From positions 806 through 64,805 of the forward strand of contig CACLNZ010000005.1 in NCBI GenBank assembly GCA_902608415.1: DNA of 64,000 nt, written 5' to 3'. How positions within the stretch are numbered: position 1 is the stretch's first letter; each line of letters begins with the position of its first letter. Positions 53,725-63,631 of the stretch are shown here, in pieces. The notes beneath the pieces were generated by a model, which made no database searches, was not told the origin of the DNA, and saw only the letters and a list, made by a program, of their open reading frames with translations. The DNA comes from an uncultured PS1 clade bacterium (GTDB lineage: Bacteria > Pseudomonadota > Alphaproteobacteria > MED-G09). Made by a program: the position numbers and the translations under genes.

Positions 53725-54297
53725 ATGGAATTGTTTGTTAAAAACCTATCTTGCTCTCTATCAGGAAGAAAAATTATTTCAGATATAAGTTTTTCTCTAA
53801 AAACTGGAGAAAATTTGAAAATTTCTGGAGAAAATGGTTCAGGAAAAACAACACTTTTAAGAACTATATCAGGACTAAGTTCATTTGATTCAGGTGAAAT
53901 ATTAATTAACAAAAAAGAAATATTTCTCCTTGGGCATAATGCCGGCATTAAACAAAATTTGACAGTTGAGGAGGATCTAGATTTTTGGTCTAATTTTTAT
54001 CAAAATGAACATGATGATAAAATTTTAAAAGAATTAAGTCTGAATTCAAAAATGTATTCACAATGTAGATATTTGTCGCAAGGTCAAAAACAAAAATTAG
54101 CACTTACAAGATTGTTTTGCTCAAATAAAAAAATTTGGCTTTTAGATGAACCATTTTCATTTCTTGATGAAGAGTCTTCTATTTTCTTATTAAATAAAAT
54201 TGAAAACCATCGTCAAAATAATGGGATTACAATTATAGTTTCTCATCAAAATTTAATTAAAAATCCAGATCTATCGATTAATTTGGGAGATCAATAA
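53725..54297 (+). CDS. ccmA: Heme exporter ATP-binding protein CcmA
   Basis: Walker A GENGSGKTTLLR, signature LSQGQKQKL, Walker B IWLLDEP. 190 aa. Confidence 0.8.
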   Translation: MELFVKNLSCSLSGRKIISDISFSLKTGENLKISGENGSGKTTLLRTISGLSSFDSGEILINKKEIFLLGHNAGIKQNLTVEEDLDFWSNFYQNEHDDKILKELSLNSKMYSQCRYLSQGQKQKLALTRLFCSNKKIWLLDEPFSFLDEESSIFLLNKIENHRQNNGITIIVSHQNLIKNPDLSINLGDQ

Positions 54298-54971
54298 TGA
54301 GAATTTATAGACTAATATTTTTAAGGGAATTAAGAAAAGTTTTCTCATATAAGGCAAATTATATTTTTAGTTTAATGTTTTATTCATCAATTATTTTTCT
54401 AATTTCAATAGGACTGCAAGGTCAAGATAGTATTTTAACTAATGTCGCGCCAAGTTTGATTTGGGTATCTATAATATTGGTATTGTTTTTATCATTTGAA
54501 GACATTTTTCATGATGATTATTATGATGGGACGCTAGATATATATCTAATAGAAAATATTACACTTTATGGATTTTCATTAATTAAATCTATTTCGCATT
54601 GGTTAGCAAATTGCCTGCCTATGATAATAATCACTCCTATAATCGGGATTTTTGTTAATCTTGACTCTGAAATCATCATACCAATGCTGATAACTCTAAT
54701 TATTGGAACCCCTGCATTGAGTTTTATAGGGTGTATGGGATCAAGTCTAATTTTGTCACTTAAGATTCATGGTTTAATAATGCCAATTATTATTCTGCCT
54801 TTATTCTTACCTATTCTTGTTTTCGGTATTGGAGCTTTAGATGTGTTAATTTTTAACGGTTTTGAAGAGTTGTTTTTGAGGCAGCTTGCTTTATTAGCAG
54901 GAATAAGTGGTTTATCTATTGTTTTTTGTCCTATAGCTTCAGCATACATTATAAAAGCAAATTATGATTAA
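54297..54971 (+). CDS. ccmB: Heme exporter permease CcmB
   Basis: 224 aa, six TM segments. FEDIFHDDYYDGTLDIYL matches the CcmB conserved region (F..D...G.L). It follows ccmA with an ATG/TAA overlap. Confidence 0.8.
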   Translation: MRIYRLIFLRELRKVFSYKANYIFSLMFYSSIIFLISIGLQGQDSILTNVAPSLIWVSIILVLFLSFEDIFHDDYYDGTLDIYLIENITLYGFSLIKSISHWLANCLPMIIITPIIGIFVNLDSEIIIPMLITLIIGTPALSFIGCMGSSLILSLKIHGLIMPIIILPLFLPILVFGIGALDVLIFNGFEELFLRQLALLAGISGLSIVFCPIASAYIIKANYD

Positions 54972-54977
54972 TATATA

Positions 54978-55337
54978 TTAGTCGTCAGGAATAAATTTTA
55001 AAGCAAGTCCATTAATGCAATATCTCAATCCAGTGGGTTGCGGGCCATCATTAAATACATGCCCTAAATGTTCACCCTCTATAGAAATCACTTCAGTTCT
55101 TATCATTCCGTGTGATTTGTCTTCTTTAAGAATAATGTTTTCATGATTGGCTTCATAAAAACTTGGCCAACCAGTTCCTGACTCAAATTTATGTTCTGAT
55201 TTAAAAACTGGTAATTCTTTATCTGCTGTTACATAAACACCTTCTCTTTTCTCATCAAGTAGTTCACTTGTTCCAGGTGCTTCTGTTCCACAAGAATATA
55301 AAATTTCCTTTTGATCTTCAGATAATTTTTTTTCCAT
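54978..55337 (-). CDS. msrB: Peptide-methionine (R)-S-oxide reductase MsrB (zinc-less form)
   Basis: GTGWPSF, HLGHVFNDGP, catalytic RYCINGLAL. Both CxxC zinc motifs are absent. Confidence 0.9.
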   Translation of the reverse strand: MEKKLSEDQKEILYSCGTEAPGTSELLDEKREGVYVTADKELPVFKSEHKFESGTGWPSFYEANHENIILKEDKSHGMIRTEVISIEGEHLGHVFNDGPQPTGLRYCINGLALKFIPDD

Positions 55338-55409
55338 AATTTACTCTCCAATTATATATTTTAATATCTTTACATTGATATGTAAAATAGGCATTTTATT
55401 TAACTATAT

Positions 55410-55499
<90 letters not shown>

Positions 55500-55503
55500 T
55501 ATA

Positions 55504-55521
55504 TTGACAAAATTATGTCAA
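55504..55521. promoter_or_regulatory. 18-bp inverted repeat TTGACA-AAATTA-TGTCAA upstream of the DUF3604 gene
   Basis: Read directly. TTGACA (55504..55509) is the reverse complement of TGTCAA (55516..55521). It starts 5 nt after the tRNA-Ser 3' end. It shares the TGACA/TGTCA core with the repeat at 15678..15695, but the arms are in the opposite order. Confidence 0.25.
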
Positions 55522-55560
55522 AATATACATTATAATACTTTAAATCTTTAGGGTGGGGTT

Positions 55561-57567
55561 ATGAGATATTTATTAGTTTTAATTGCAGTATTTTTAGTCA
55601 GTTGTTCAGACTCATCTCAGGAAACAAAAGATTTCAGCATAAAAGAAAAGAAGGGTTACATTAAATCAAAAGATTTTAATGAAAATAAAAATGTTTATTT
55701 TGGAGATTTACATGTTCATACAAAACATTCATTTGATGCCTTTATCTTTGGAACTACAAATACACCAGACGACGCTTATAAATATGCAAAAGGAGGAACA
55801 ATCCAACATCCTCTTGGGTTTGATATGACTTTAAGACAACCTCTTGATTTTTATGCCGTAACTGATCATGGTTTTTTTATGGGAATGATGCCTGCTTGGT
55901 CAGACCCTAGTTCTAAAGCAGGGCAACATCCTTATGTTAAAGTTCTTCACAATGTTAATAGAAAAGAAAATCTAACTATAGAAAGTACACCAGAGAGACT
56001 TTATTATTTTAGAGAGCTAATTAGGAGCGGAGCATTTGCTGAATTAGGTAATATCTTTTCTATAATTAAAGCATATCTTACAAACAATAATTCATTTGCT
56101 GTTGATGTCTTTGATTATGATACACATAAATCTGCTTGGTTTGATGTTGTAGACGCCGCTGAAAGGCATTACGAACCTGGAAAATTTACTACATTTATAG
56201 CATATGAGTACACTGCCTCAACAGATGGAATGGGTAATCTCCATCGAAATGTTATTTTTGGTTCATCAAAAGCTCCAATAAGGCCATATTCAAGAATTGA
56301 CTCTCTTAATCCAGAGGACTTATGGAATACAATGGATAAATGGCGTGAAAAGGGAATTGATTCAATTGCAATACCTCATAATAGTAATGGATCAAATGGA
56401 AGAATGTTTGAGATTCATAAAGCTAACGGTACGGTAATGGATATACAATATATTAATCAAAGAATGCTAAACGAACCTATTGTAGAAATTACTCAGGTTA
56501 AAGGCACATCAGAAACACATCCATTACTATCTCCTAATGATGAGTGGGCTGATTTTGAAATAATGAGCACTAGAGTAGGAAGTGTTCCTCCAACATATAG
56601 TAGGCCTGACGGAAGTTATGTTAGAGATGCATTATTAAAAGGCTTGATGTTAGATAAATTTTTTGGAGGCAATCCATATACCTTTGGTTTTATTGGCTCA
56701 AGTGATACGCATACCGGTGCTTCATCATTTGATGAAAGCAACTATTTCTCAAAAGTAGGTATTTTAGATGGTACGCCTATAGGAAGAGGATCAATACCAA
56801 TATCAAAAGAACAAATGGATTTTATAAATAATCTTCCAGATGAACAGCGCGATATTTATAACTATGTTGACTATGATGGTGAGAAATTTATGAGAGCAGG
56901 TTTTGATGAATGGGGCGCATCTGGTATTTCAGCTGTTTGGGCAGAGGAGAATACACGAGAGGCAATCTTTTCTGCATTTAAAAGAAAAGAGACATATGCG
57001 ACCTCAGGAAATAGAATACTTTTAAGATTTTTTGGAGGATTTAATCTTGATGATATTGATCTTAATTCATCCAATCTAATTAGCGAACTATATAATAGAA
57101 GTACACCTATGGGAGGTAACATTATCAGCTCGAATAATAGTATTCCTAATTTTATTGTTTGGGCTAAGAAGGGAATAAATGGCGCTCACTTACAAAGAAT
57201 ACAAATAGTAAAAGGATGGATAGACGATCGAAGCGCCGAACCTTTTGAAAAAGTATACGATGTTGTTTGTTCTGATGGACAAACTGTTGATCAAGTAACT
57301 CAAAGATGCCCAGATAATGGAGCAAGAGTTAACATTAATGATTGTTCTATTTCAGCTGATGTAGGTGATGAGGAATTAAAAACTTTTTGGTCTGACCCTG
57401 ATTTTGATCCTGAATTAAAAGCTTTTTATTATGTTAGAGTTATAGAGAATCCAACATGCCGATGGTCTACATGGGATGCACTTAGAGCCGGAACAAATCC
57501 TAGGAAAGACTTGAAGTCAACTATTCAAGAAAGAGCTTGGTCTTCTCCAATTTGGTATATTCCATAG
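55561..57567 (+). CDS. Exported DUF3604-like protein with PHP-type metal-dependent hydrolase motifs (lipoprotein)
   Basis: Lipobox VFLVSC|SDSS. The ordered His/Asp/Glu motifs are GDLHVHT, AVTDHG, AYEYT, NLHRNV, IPHNSNGS and GSSDTHTG. The C-terminal domain is FYYVRVIENPTCRWSTWDA. The family assignment is from memory of the DUF3604 consensus. Confidence 0.7.
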   Translation: MRYLLVLIAVFLVSCSDSSQETKDFSIKEKKGYIKSKDFNENKNVYFGDLHVHTKHSFDAFIFGTTNTPDDAYKYAKGGTIQHPLGFDMTLRQPLDFYAVTDHGFFMGMMPAWSDPSSKAGQHPYVKVLHNVNRKENLTIESTPERLYYFRELIRSGAFAELGNIFSIIKAYLTNNNSFAVDVFDYDTHKSAWFDVVDAAERHYEPGKFTTFIAYEYTASTDGMGNLHRNVIFGSSKAPIRPYSRIDSLNPEDLWNTMDKWREKGIDSIAIPHNSNGSNGRMFEIHKANGTVMDIQYINQRMLNEPIVEITQVKGTSETHPLLSPNDEWADFEIMSTRVGSVPPTYSRPDGSYVRDALLKGLMLDKFFGGNPYTFGFIGSSDTHTGASSFDESNYFSKVGILDGTPIGRGSIPISKEQMDFINNLPDEQRDIYNYVDYDGEKFMRAGFDEWGASGISAVWAEENTREAIFSAFKRKETYATSGNRILLRFFGGFNLDDIDLNSSNLISELYNRSTPMGGNIISSNNSIPNFIVWAKKGINGAHLQRIQIVKGWIDDRSAEPFEKVYDVVCSDGQTVDQVTQRCPDNGARVNINDCSISADVGDEELKTFWSDPDFDPELKAFYYVRVIENPTCRWSTWDALRAGTNPRKDLKSTIQERAWSSPIWYIP

Positions 57568-57573
57568 AATAAA

Positions 57574-58362
57574 TTGAAAAAAAAAATCTTTATACTTTTA
57601 GGTGTTTTTATTGGATTTTTAGCTCTTTTCTATGGAATTAATATTTCTCAAAAAACAAGCATATATGTTTCTGGTTCTGAAATAAAAAATCTAATTAATA
57701 TCTGGGAAGATCAAACTGGAAGACCTCCAACAAACAAGGAAATAGATATGATAATTAATAATCTTATTAAGGAGGAGATATTATATCAGGAAGCTTTAAA
57801 ACTTGGACTTAATCAAAATGATAAAATCATAAAAAGAAGATTAATTCAAAAGTTAGAATTTTATAAAGAAAGCGAAAACCTAAATAAAGTTAAAGAAGAA
57901 AATATAATTGAATATTATAATGAGAATATAAATTCTTATAAATTAAATAAAAGATACTCCTTTAAACATATTTTCTTTTCTGATCCCAAAAATAATTACG
58001 AAAATATAAAATTAGTTTTACTAGATATAGAAAACACCTCAAACAATGAAATTGGTGAGCCTTTTATTCATGGTGATAGCTTTATAGAGAAAGACAAGGC
58101 ATCAATTGACTCAGATTTTGGCTCAGGTTTTTCAGATAATATTATAAATCTAGAAAACAATACTTGGCATGGGCCTTTTAAATCAATATACGGGTATCAC
58201 TTGATTTATGTATTAGAAGTATTTCCTGAGGAAATAATGCCTTTTGAAGATGCAAAACAATCAGTAGTTGTAAATTATAACAATAAAATAAAGAATGAAG
58301 TTATAAAGAATTATATATATTCCATTAAAGATAAATATGATGTTATCATTGGCAAATATTAA
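57574..58362 (+). CDS. Membrane-anchored parvulin-type peptidyl-prolyl isomerase (PpiC/PrsA-like)
   Basis: N-terminal TM segment IFILLGVFIGFLALFYGI. It has a SurA-N-like helical region and a parvulin-like C-terminal part: FKHIFFS...WHGPFKSIYGYHLIYV. TTG start 6 nt after the DUF3604 stop. Confidence 0.7.
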   Translation: MKKKIFILLGVFIGFLALFYGINISQKTSIYVSGSEIKNLINIWEDQTGRPPTNKEIDMIINNLIKEEILYQEALKLGLNQNDKIIKRRLIQKLEFYKESENLNKVKEENIIEYYNENINSYKLNKRYSFKHIFFSDPKNNYENIKLVLLDIENTSNNEIGEPFIHGDSFIEKDKASIDSDFGSGFSDNIINLENNTWHGPFKSIYGYHLIYVLEVFPEEIMPFEDAKQSVVVNYNNKIKNEVIKNYIYSIKDKYDVIIGKY

Positions 58363-58394
58363 TAATCTAAAAGATATAGAGAAAAAAATTAAGA

Positions 58395-59270
58395 ATGTTT
58401 AAAGGATCAATTGTAGCGCTAGTAACTCCTTTTAAAGGAAATGATATTGACGAATCTTCTTTAAGAAAGCTTGTCGATTGGCATATAGCTGAAGGTACAG
58501 ACGGAATAGTGCCTGTTGGAACTACTGGTGAAAGCCCAACTCTCAATCATGATGAGCATGAGCGTGTAGTTGAAATAGTTATTGATCAATGTAACAAGAG
58601 AGTCCCCGTTATTGCTGGAACAGGATCAAACTCTACAGCGGAAGCTATTAACTTACTAAAACATGCAGAAAATGCTGGAGCTGATGCGGCGCTAGTGGTT
58701 ACTCCTTATTACAATAAACCCACCCCTGAGGGTTTATATGCTCATTATGAAGCCCTAGATAAAGCTTCTTCAGGCATGCCTATAGTAATCTACAATATTC
58801 CATCTCGTTCAGTAATTGATATTAATGTTGATTTGATGGGAAGATTATCCCATCTTCAATCAATCGTGGGCGTCAAAGATGCTACAAGTGATATTTCTCG
58901 AATTAAAAAACATAATGAATTGTGTGAGGATGGCTTTATTCAGGTTTCAGGTGAAGATGAAACTATTTATGATTACATGATTAATGGAGGGCAGGGATGT
59001 ATTTCAGTAACAGCAAATATTCTTCCGAAGGTTTGTTCAGATATGCATAAAGCCTTTTCCAATAATGATTTAGAAGAAGCAAAAAGACTTAACAATATAC
59101 TTATGCCGCTTCATAAGGCGCTCTTTATCGAAACAAGCCCATCTCCAGTTAAATATATTTTATCTAAAATGAATCTTATTGATTATGAGGTTAGATTACC
59201 TCTTGTTAAAATTAGACAAGAAACAAAATCAATACTTGATGAAATCATATCTAATTTAGAGATAAAATAA
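58395..59270 (+). CDS. dapA: 4-hydroxy-tetrahydrodipicolinate synthase
   Basis: GSIVALVTPF, GIVPVGTTGESPTL, YYNKPT, and the active-site Lys context VGVKDAT. Confidence 0.95.
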   Translation: MFKGSIVALVTPFKGNDIDESSLRKLVDWHIAEGTDGIVPVGTTGESPTLNHDEHERVVEIVIDQCNKRVPVIAGTGSNSTAEAINLLKHAENAGADAALVVTPYYNKPTPEGLYAHYEALDKASSGMPIVIYNIPSRSVIDINVDLMGRLSHLQSIVGVKDATSDISRIKKHNELCEDGFIQVSGEDETIYDYMINGGQGCISVTANILPKVCSDMHKAFSNNDLEEAKRLNNILMPLHKALFIETSPSPVKYILSKMNLIDYEVRLPLVKIRQETKSILDEIISNLEIK

Positions 59271-59758
59271 TGTCATCTAAGTCAGGAGGTAGGAAGAAAT
59301 CTCAAAATGAATATTCTGTTATAGCTGATAACAGAAAAGCAACATTTCAATACGAGATTGAGGATACATTTGAAGCCGGAATAGTCTTAACGGGCTCTGA
59401 AATTAAAAGTATTAGACAAAACAAAGTAAATATAAAGGAGTCCTATGCTAGCTCAGAGAATGGAGAAATTTTTCTGATAAACTGTAATATTCCACGTTAT
59501 CAAAATTCAATTACAACTAACTACAATCCTAAACGTGTAAGAAAGCTATTATTAAAGAAAAAAGAAATTAATAAGCTTTTTGCGGCTACTCAGAAAAAAG
59601 GTATGACTCTTATTCCTACAAAAATGTATTTCAATAAAAAAGGTCTAGCTAAGATTGGAATAGGTATAGGAAAAGGTAGAAAAATTCATGACAAACGAGA
59701 GGTTAAAAAAACAAGAGATTGGGAAAGACAAAAAGCAAGACTTTTGAAAAATAATTAA
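59270..59758 (+). CDS. smpB: SsrA-binding protein SmpB
   Basis: IADNRKATFQYEIEDTFEAGIVLTGSEIKSIR...KRVRKLLLKKKEI...GKGRKIHDKRE. Confidence 0.95.
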   Translation: MSSKSGGRKKSQNEYSVIADNRKATFQYEIEDTFEAGIVLTGSEIKSIRQNKVNIKESYASSENGEIFLINCNIPRYQNSITTNYNPKRVRKLLLKKKEINKLFAATQKKGMTLIPTKMYFNKKGLAKIGIGIGKGRKIHDKREVKKTRDWERQKARLLKNN

Positions 59759-60393
59759 ATTTTTAATTCTTTTTTGGCCTCAAAAAAAATTTTCTCGAAC
59801 ATCGCCTCGTTTAATCTTCCGGTATTGGTGTTATATCTTGAGCAATGATAGCTATCTATTAATATAAGGTTATCAATTTTATGTTTACTGCCATGCTTAA
59901 ATTTATATAGTTTTTGCTTTAAATTATATGCAGAAATTATACTTTTATGGGCTATTAAACCAAGAGCAATAATAACTTTAAGATTTTTATGGATTTCGAT
60001 AGTCTTTTTTAGAAAATTATTACAATTATTAATTTCTTCTGAGATTGGTTTATTTTGAGGTGGGACACATCTTACTGCATTTGTGATTGTGCAATCTTTT
60101 AATTTAAGGCTATCATCAACTGTCCCTCCGTATATACCTTTAGAAAAATTAAATTTAGATATAGTTTTATAAAGTAAATCTCCAGCATAATCTCCCGTAA
60201 AAGGTCTTCCGGTTTTATTTGCACCCTTTAAGCCCGGCGCAAGACCAACAATTAATAAACTTGATGACAATTCACCAAATGTAGGAACTGGAGCATTGAA
60301 CCAATCAGGGTTCTCAGACTGATTTTTTTTTCTAAAATTGTATAATCTTCTGCACTTAGAACAATTTTTATTAGGTTCTATTAATTTGTTCAT
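59755..60393 (-). CDS. Uracil-DNA glycosylase superfamily protein, family 4/5 (UdgB-like)
   Basis: N-terminal CSKCRRL. VGLAPGLKGANKTGRPFTGDYAG (a GLAPG motif instead of GEAPG suggests family 5). C-terminal DSYHCSRYN. Confidence 0.8.
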   Translation of the reverse strand: MNKLIEPNKNCSKCRRLYNFRKKNQSENPDWFNAPVPTFGELSSSLLIVGLAPGLKGANKTGRPFTGDYAGDLLYKTISKFNFSKGIYGGTVDDSLKLKDCTITNAVRCVPPQNKPISEEINNCNNFLKKTIEIHKNLKVIIALGLIAHKSIISAYNLKQKLYKFKHGSKHKIDNLILIDSYHCSRYNTNTGRLNEAMFEKIFFEAKKELKI

Positions 60394-60498
60394 GATTGTT
60401 TTATATTATTAAATTAGAATAAGTTGTATAAAATAATAGAACTTAAAACTTGAATTTTGTGTTCTTTAATGATTAAAAGACTTTTTTAAGGAAAAATT

Positions 60499-60921
60499 AT
60501 GGCAAGAGTTACCGTAGAGGATTGTGTAGATAAAGTTGAAAGTAGATTTGATCTTGTTCTTTATTCAGCTTTTAGATCAAGAGAAATTGCTGAAGGGGCT
60601 GAACTGCAAGTTGACAGAGAAAATGATAAGAATGCAGTTGTTGCTTTAAGAGAGATAGCTGAAAATAAATTAAATTCTGAAACTCTTGAAGAGGAGCTTA
60701 TTGAAAGCCTTCAAACTCAAATTGATGTTGATGAGGCCGATGAAGATTATATTCCTTTGATTCAACAAGAAGCAAATACATCTGATAAAAACTCATTAAG
60801 TGATGAAGAGGTAAGTCAAGAATCTGAAGAACCTGAACAAAAACAAATGACAGAAGAAGAATTGTTAAAGGCTATTGAAGATAATCTTAATGATAAAAAA
60901 AATACAAGGCGTTCATTATAA
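60499..60921 (+). CDS. rpoZ: DNA-directed RNA polymerase omega subunit with acidic C-terminal extension
   Basis: [30 protein letters not shown], followed by an Asp/Glu-rich tail. Confidence 0.9.
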   Translation: MARVTVEDCVDKVESRFDLVLYSAFRSREIAEGAELQVDRENDKNAVVALREIAENKLNSETLEEELIESLQTQIDVDEADEDYIPLIQQEANTSDKNSLSDEEVSQESEEPEQKQMTEEELLKAIEDNLNDKKNTRRSL

Positions 60922-60935
60922 TATAGGCTGGATAA

Positions 60936-63047
60936 ATGCGTGAAGCTGATTTAGTTGATCGCATTGTATCATTCAATCCCAAAGTTGATACTAGGATAAT
61001 AAAAAAAGCATTTCATTTTGGAATGTTAATGCATGGATCTCAACTTAGAGAAAGCGGTGATCCATATTTTTCTCATCCAATTGAGGTAGCAAATATCCTA
61101 GCAGAGCTAAATCTTGATACATCATCTCTGGTATGTGCGCTTCTTCATGATACGATTGAAGACACCAAAGCAACCATAAAAGATGTAAAAGAAAATTTTG
61201 GCAAAGAAATAGCTAAACTTGTTGATGGTGTTACAAAATTAAATAAATTAGAAAGTAGACCTGATCAATCAAAAGCTGCTGAGGATTTTCGAAAATTAAT
61301 TTTAGCTAGCTCTTCAGATATAAGGGTTCTTCTTATTAAGTTAGCTGATAGACTGCATAATATGCGAACTCTCAAGCATTTAAAAAATAAAGATAGAAGA
61401 CAAAGAATTGCTAAAGAAACTCTTGATATATATGCGCCTCTTGCCTCAAGAATAGGAATGCATGAAATTAGAGAGGAGTTAGAGGACCTTGCTTTTACAG
61501 AAACAGAACCAGAAATTAGAGCAATTCTTATAGAAAGAATAAAAGATTCGAAAAAGAAAAATAATAAAATAGTAAAAGATATTTCTGATGAATTATCAAA
61601 GGCCCTAAAGTCAAATAAGGTAAAAGCATTCGTTTCTGGAAGAGAAAAATCAATTTATTCTGTTTGGTTGAAAATTGAGAATCAAAATAAATCCTTAGAA
61701 CAATTATCGGATTTATTTGGTTTTCGTATATATGTAGATAAAATTGAAGAATGTTACTCTGTTTTAGGCGTGCTCCATCAAAATTGGCAAGCTGTACCAG
61801 GTCTTTTTAAGGATTATATTTCAACTCCAAAAAAGAATGGGTATCAATCAATTCATACAACACTAGTAGGCCCAAACAATCATCGTGTCGAAATCCAAAT
61901 AAGAACAAATAAAATGCATGATATTAATGAAAAAGGGGTAGCAGCACATTGGGCTTATAAAGAAAAAGACTCATCAAATGGTGAATACCTAAGCTCCATT
62001 GCTTGGATGGCTGATTTAATTGATATACTTCAAAAGGATGGTGCTACGGATGAATTTCTTGAAAACACAAGGTTAGAGCTATCTCATGATCAAGTTTATT
62101 GTTTTACACCTAAGGGTCGTTTAATTGCCTTACCTCAAGATTCAACCGCATTGGATTTTGCTTTTGCCTTGCACACAGATTTAGGTCTATTTTGCTCAGG
62201 AGTTAAGATTAATGGAGAAAAAAAACCAAGAAGAACAAAATTAAAGAATGGCGATGAGGTTGAAATAATTAAATCTAAATCTGAAGTACCATTAGATTCT
62301 TATGAAGATCTTGTAACTACAGGAAGATCTAAATCTTCAATAAGACGCGCAATTAAAGAAAATACAATTAAGAACCAAAGGCTGTTGGGAAAAGAAATTA
62401 TAAAAAGTGTTTTTTCTTCTCATAGAAAAAAACCAACAAGAGATATCTTAGAAAGATCATTTGGGCCATTAAATGTTAAATCTTTAATGGATCTTTATCA
62501 ATTAGTAGGTTCAGGAAAATCATCTGGCTCCGAAGTTTATGATCATGTTTATCCAAATACTAAAAGAAAGACAAAGAGAAAAAGATATTATAGTAAAAAT
62601 ATTTCTTTACAGATTTCCGGATTGCTTCCTGATATGGATGTGAGCTTTCAAAAAAATTCCTTGCTTGTCCCTGGTGATAATATAATCGGAATAACAATCC
62701 CAGGTAAGGGAATTACAATCTACCATGCTAAAGATGAAGAACTCCATAAGCATGAAAACAGCCCAGAAAGATGGTTAAGGCTTCAATGGAAAAAAGAAAT
62801 TGATGTAACATTTACTGCTAGAATTATGCTAAGCATTATAAATGAGGTTGGTTCTTTAGGTGTTATAAGTGCTGCAATTGCTGATTATGGAGGGAATATA
62901 ACAAATTTAAATTTAACAGAAAAAGATACTGACTTCTACAACTTAAGGATTGATATTGATGTTGATGATAAAAATCATATTGATAATATAATTAAGTCTT
63001 TAAAGGGTCTACCAGAGATTAATTCAGTTGAAAGGTTAATACACTAA
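60936..63047 (+). CDS. spoT: Bifunctional (p)ppGpp synthetase/hydrolase (RelA/SpoT homolog)
   Basis: HD domain (HPIEVANILA...LLHDTIEDT), synthetase domain (YSVWLKIENQ...GYQSIHTTL...EIQIRT), and TGS and ACT domains. 703 aa. The rpoZ-spoT adjacency is conserved. Confidence 0.9.
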   Translation: MREADLVDRIVSFNPKVDTRIIKKAFHFGMLMHGSQLRESGDPYFSHPIEVANILAELNLDTSSLVCALLHDTIEDTKATIKDVKENFGKEIAKLVDGVTKLNKLESRPDQSKAAEDFRKLILASSSDIRVLLIKLADRLHNMRTLKHLKNKDRRQRIAKETLDIYAPLASRIGMHEIREELEDLAFTETEPEIRAILIERIKDSKKKNNKIVKDISDELSKALKSNKVKAFVSGREKSIYSVWLKIENQNKSLEQLSDLFGFRIYVDKIEECYSVLGVLHQNWQAVPGLFKDYISTPKKNGYQSIHTTLVGPNNHRVEIQIRTNKMHDINEKGVAAHWAYKEKDSSNGEYLSSIAWMADLIDILQKDGATDEFLENTRLELSHDQVYCFTPKGRLIALPQDSTALDFAFALHTDLGLFCSGVKINGEKKPRRTKLKNGDEVEIIKSKSEVPLDSYEDLVTTGRSKSSIRRAIKENTIKNQRLLGKEIIKSVFSSHRKKPTRDILERSFGPLNVKSLMDLYQLVGSGKSSGSEVYDHVYPNTKRKTKRKRYYSKNISLQISGLLPDMDVSFQKNSLLVPGDNIIGITIPGKGITIYHAKDEELHKHENSPERWLRLQWKKEIDVTFTARIMLSIINEVGSLGVISAAIADYGGNITNLNLTEKDTDFYNLRIDIDVDDKNHIDNIIKSLKGLPEINSVERLIH

Positions 63048-63628
63048 TGAATGAAAAAGAATTAATTGAAGATTTTAAAAATTGTGGGGCCTTATTAGAA
63101 GGTCATTTCATCTTATCTTCAGGATTACATTCAACTAAATATCTTCAGTGCGCATTAGCTCTATCAAACCCATCACTAGTAAAGAAAATTACTAAAGCTC
63201 TTGGTAAAAAAATAATTACAAATTTTAATAAAAAAATTGATTATGTAATTGCCCCAGCAATGGGCGGTCTAATTATTGGTCATGAGATAGCGATGTTTTT
63301 AAATTTACCATTTATTTTTTTAGAGAGAGTTAATGGTGAATTTGAACTAAGAAGAGGGTTTTCTTTTGAAAAAAATTCAAATTTTCTAATGATTGAAGAT
63401 GTTGTCACTACAGGTTTATCCTCTATGGAAGCAATTAAGGTTGTTAATAATATGGGCGGAAATGTAATAGGTGAAGCAGCGATAATTGATCGTTCAGGAG
63501 GTGAGGCTGATATTGGCATAGATTTAGTAACCTTGCTATCTTTCAAAATTCCTACATTTAACAAAAATAATATTCCAGATGATTTAAAATCAATTGAAGC
63601 TGAAAAACCAGGTAGTAGAAGTTTATAA
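63047..63628 (+). CDS. pyrE: Orotate phosphoribosyltransferase
   Basis: GHFILSSGLHSTKYLQC, and the PRPP-binding loop LMIEDVVTTGLS. Confidence 0.9.
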   Translation: MNEKELIEDFKNCGALLEGHFILSSGLHSTKYLQCALALSNPSLVKKITKALGKKIITNFNKKIDYVIAPAMGGLIIGHEIAMFLNLPFIFLERVNGEFELRRGFSFEKNSNFLMIEDVVTTGLSSMEAIKVVNNMGGNVIGEAAIIDRSGGEADIGIDLVTLLSFKIPTFNKNNIPDDLKSIEAEKPGSRSL

Positions 63629-63631
63629 TCA

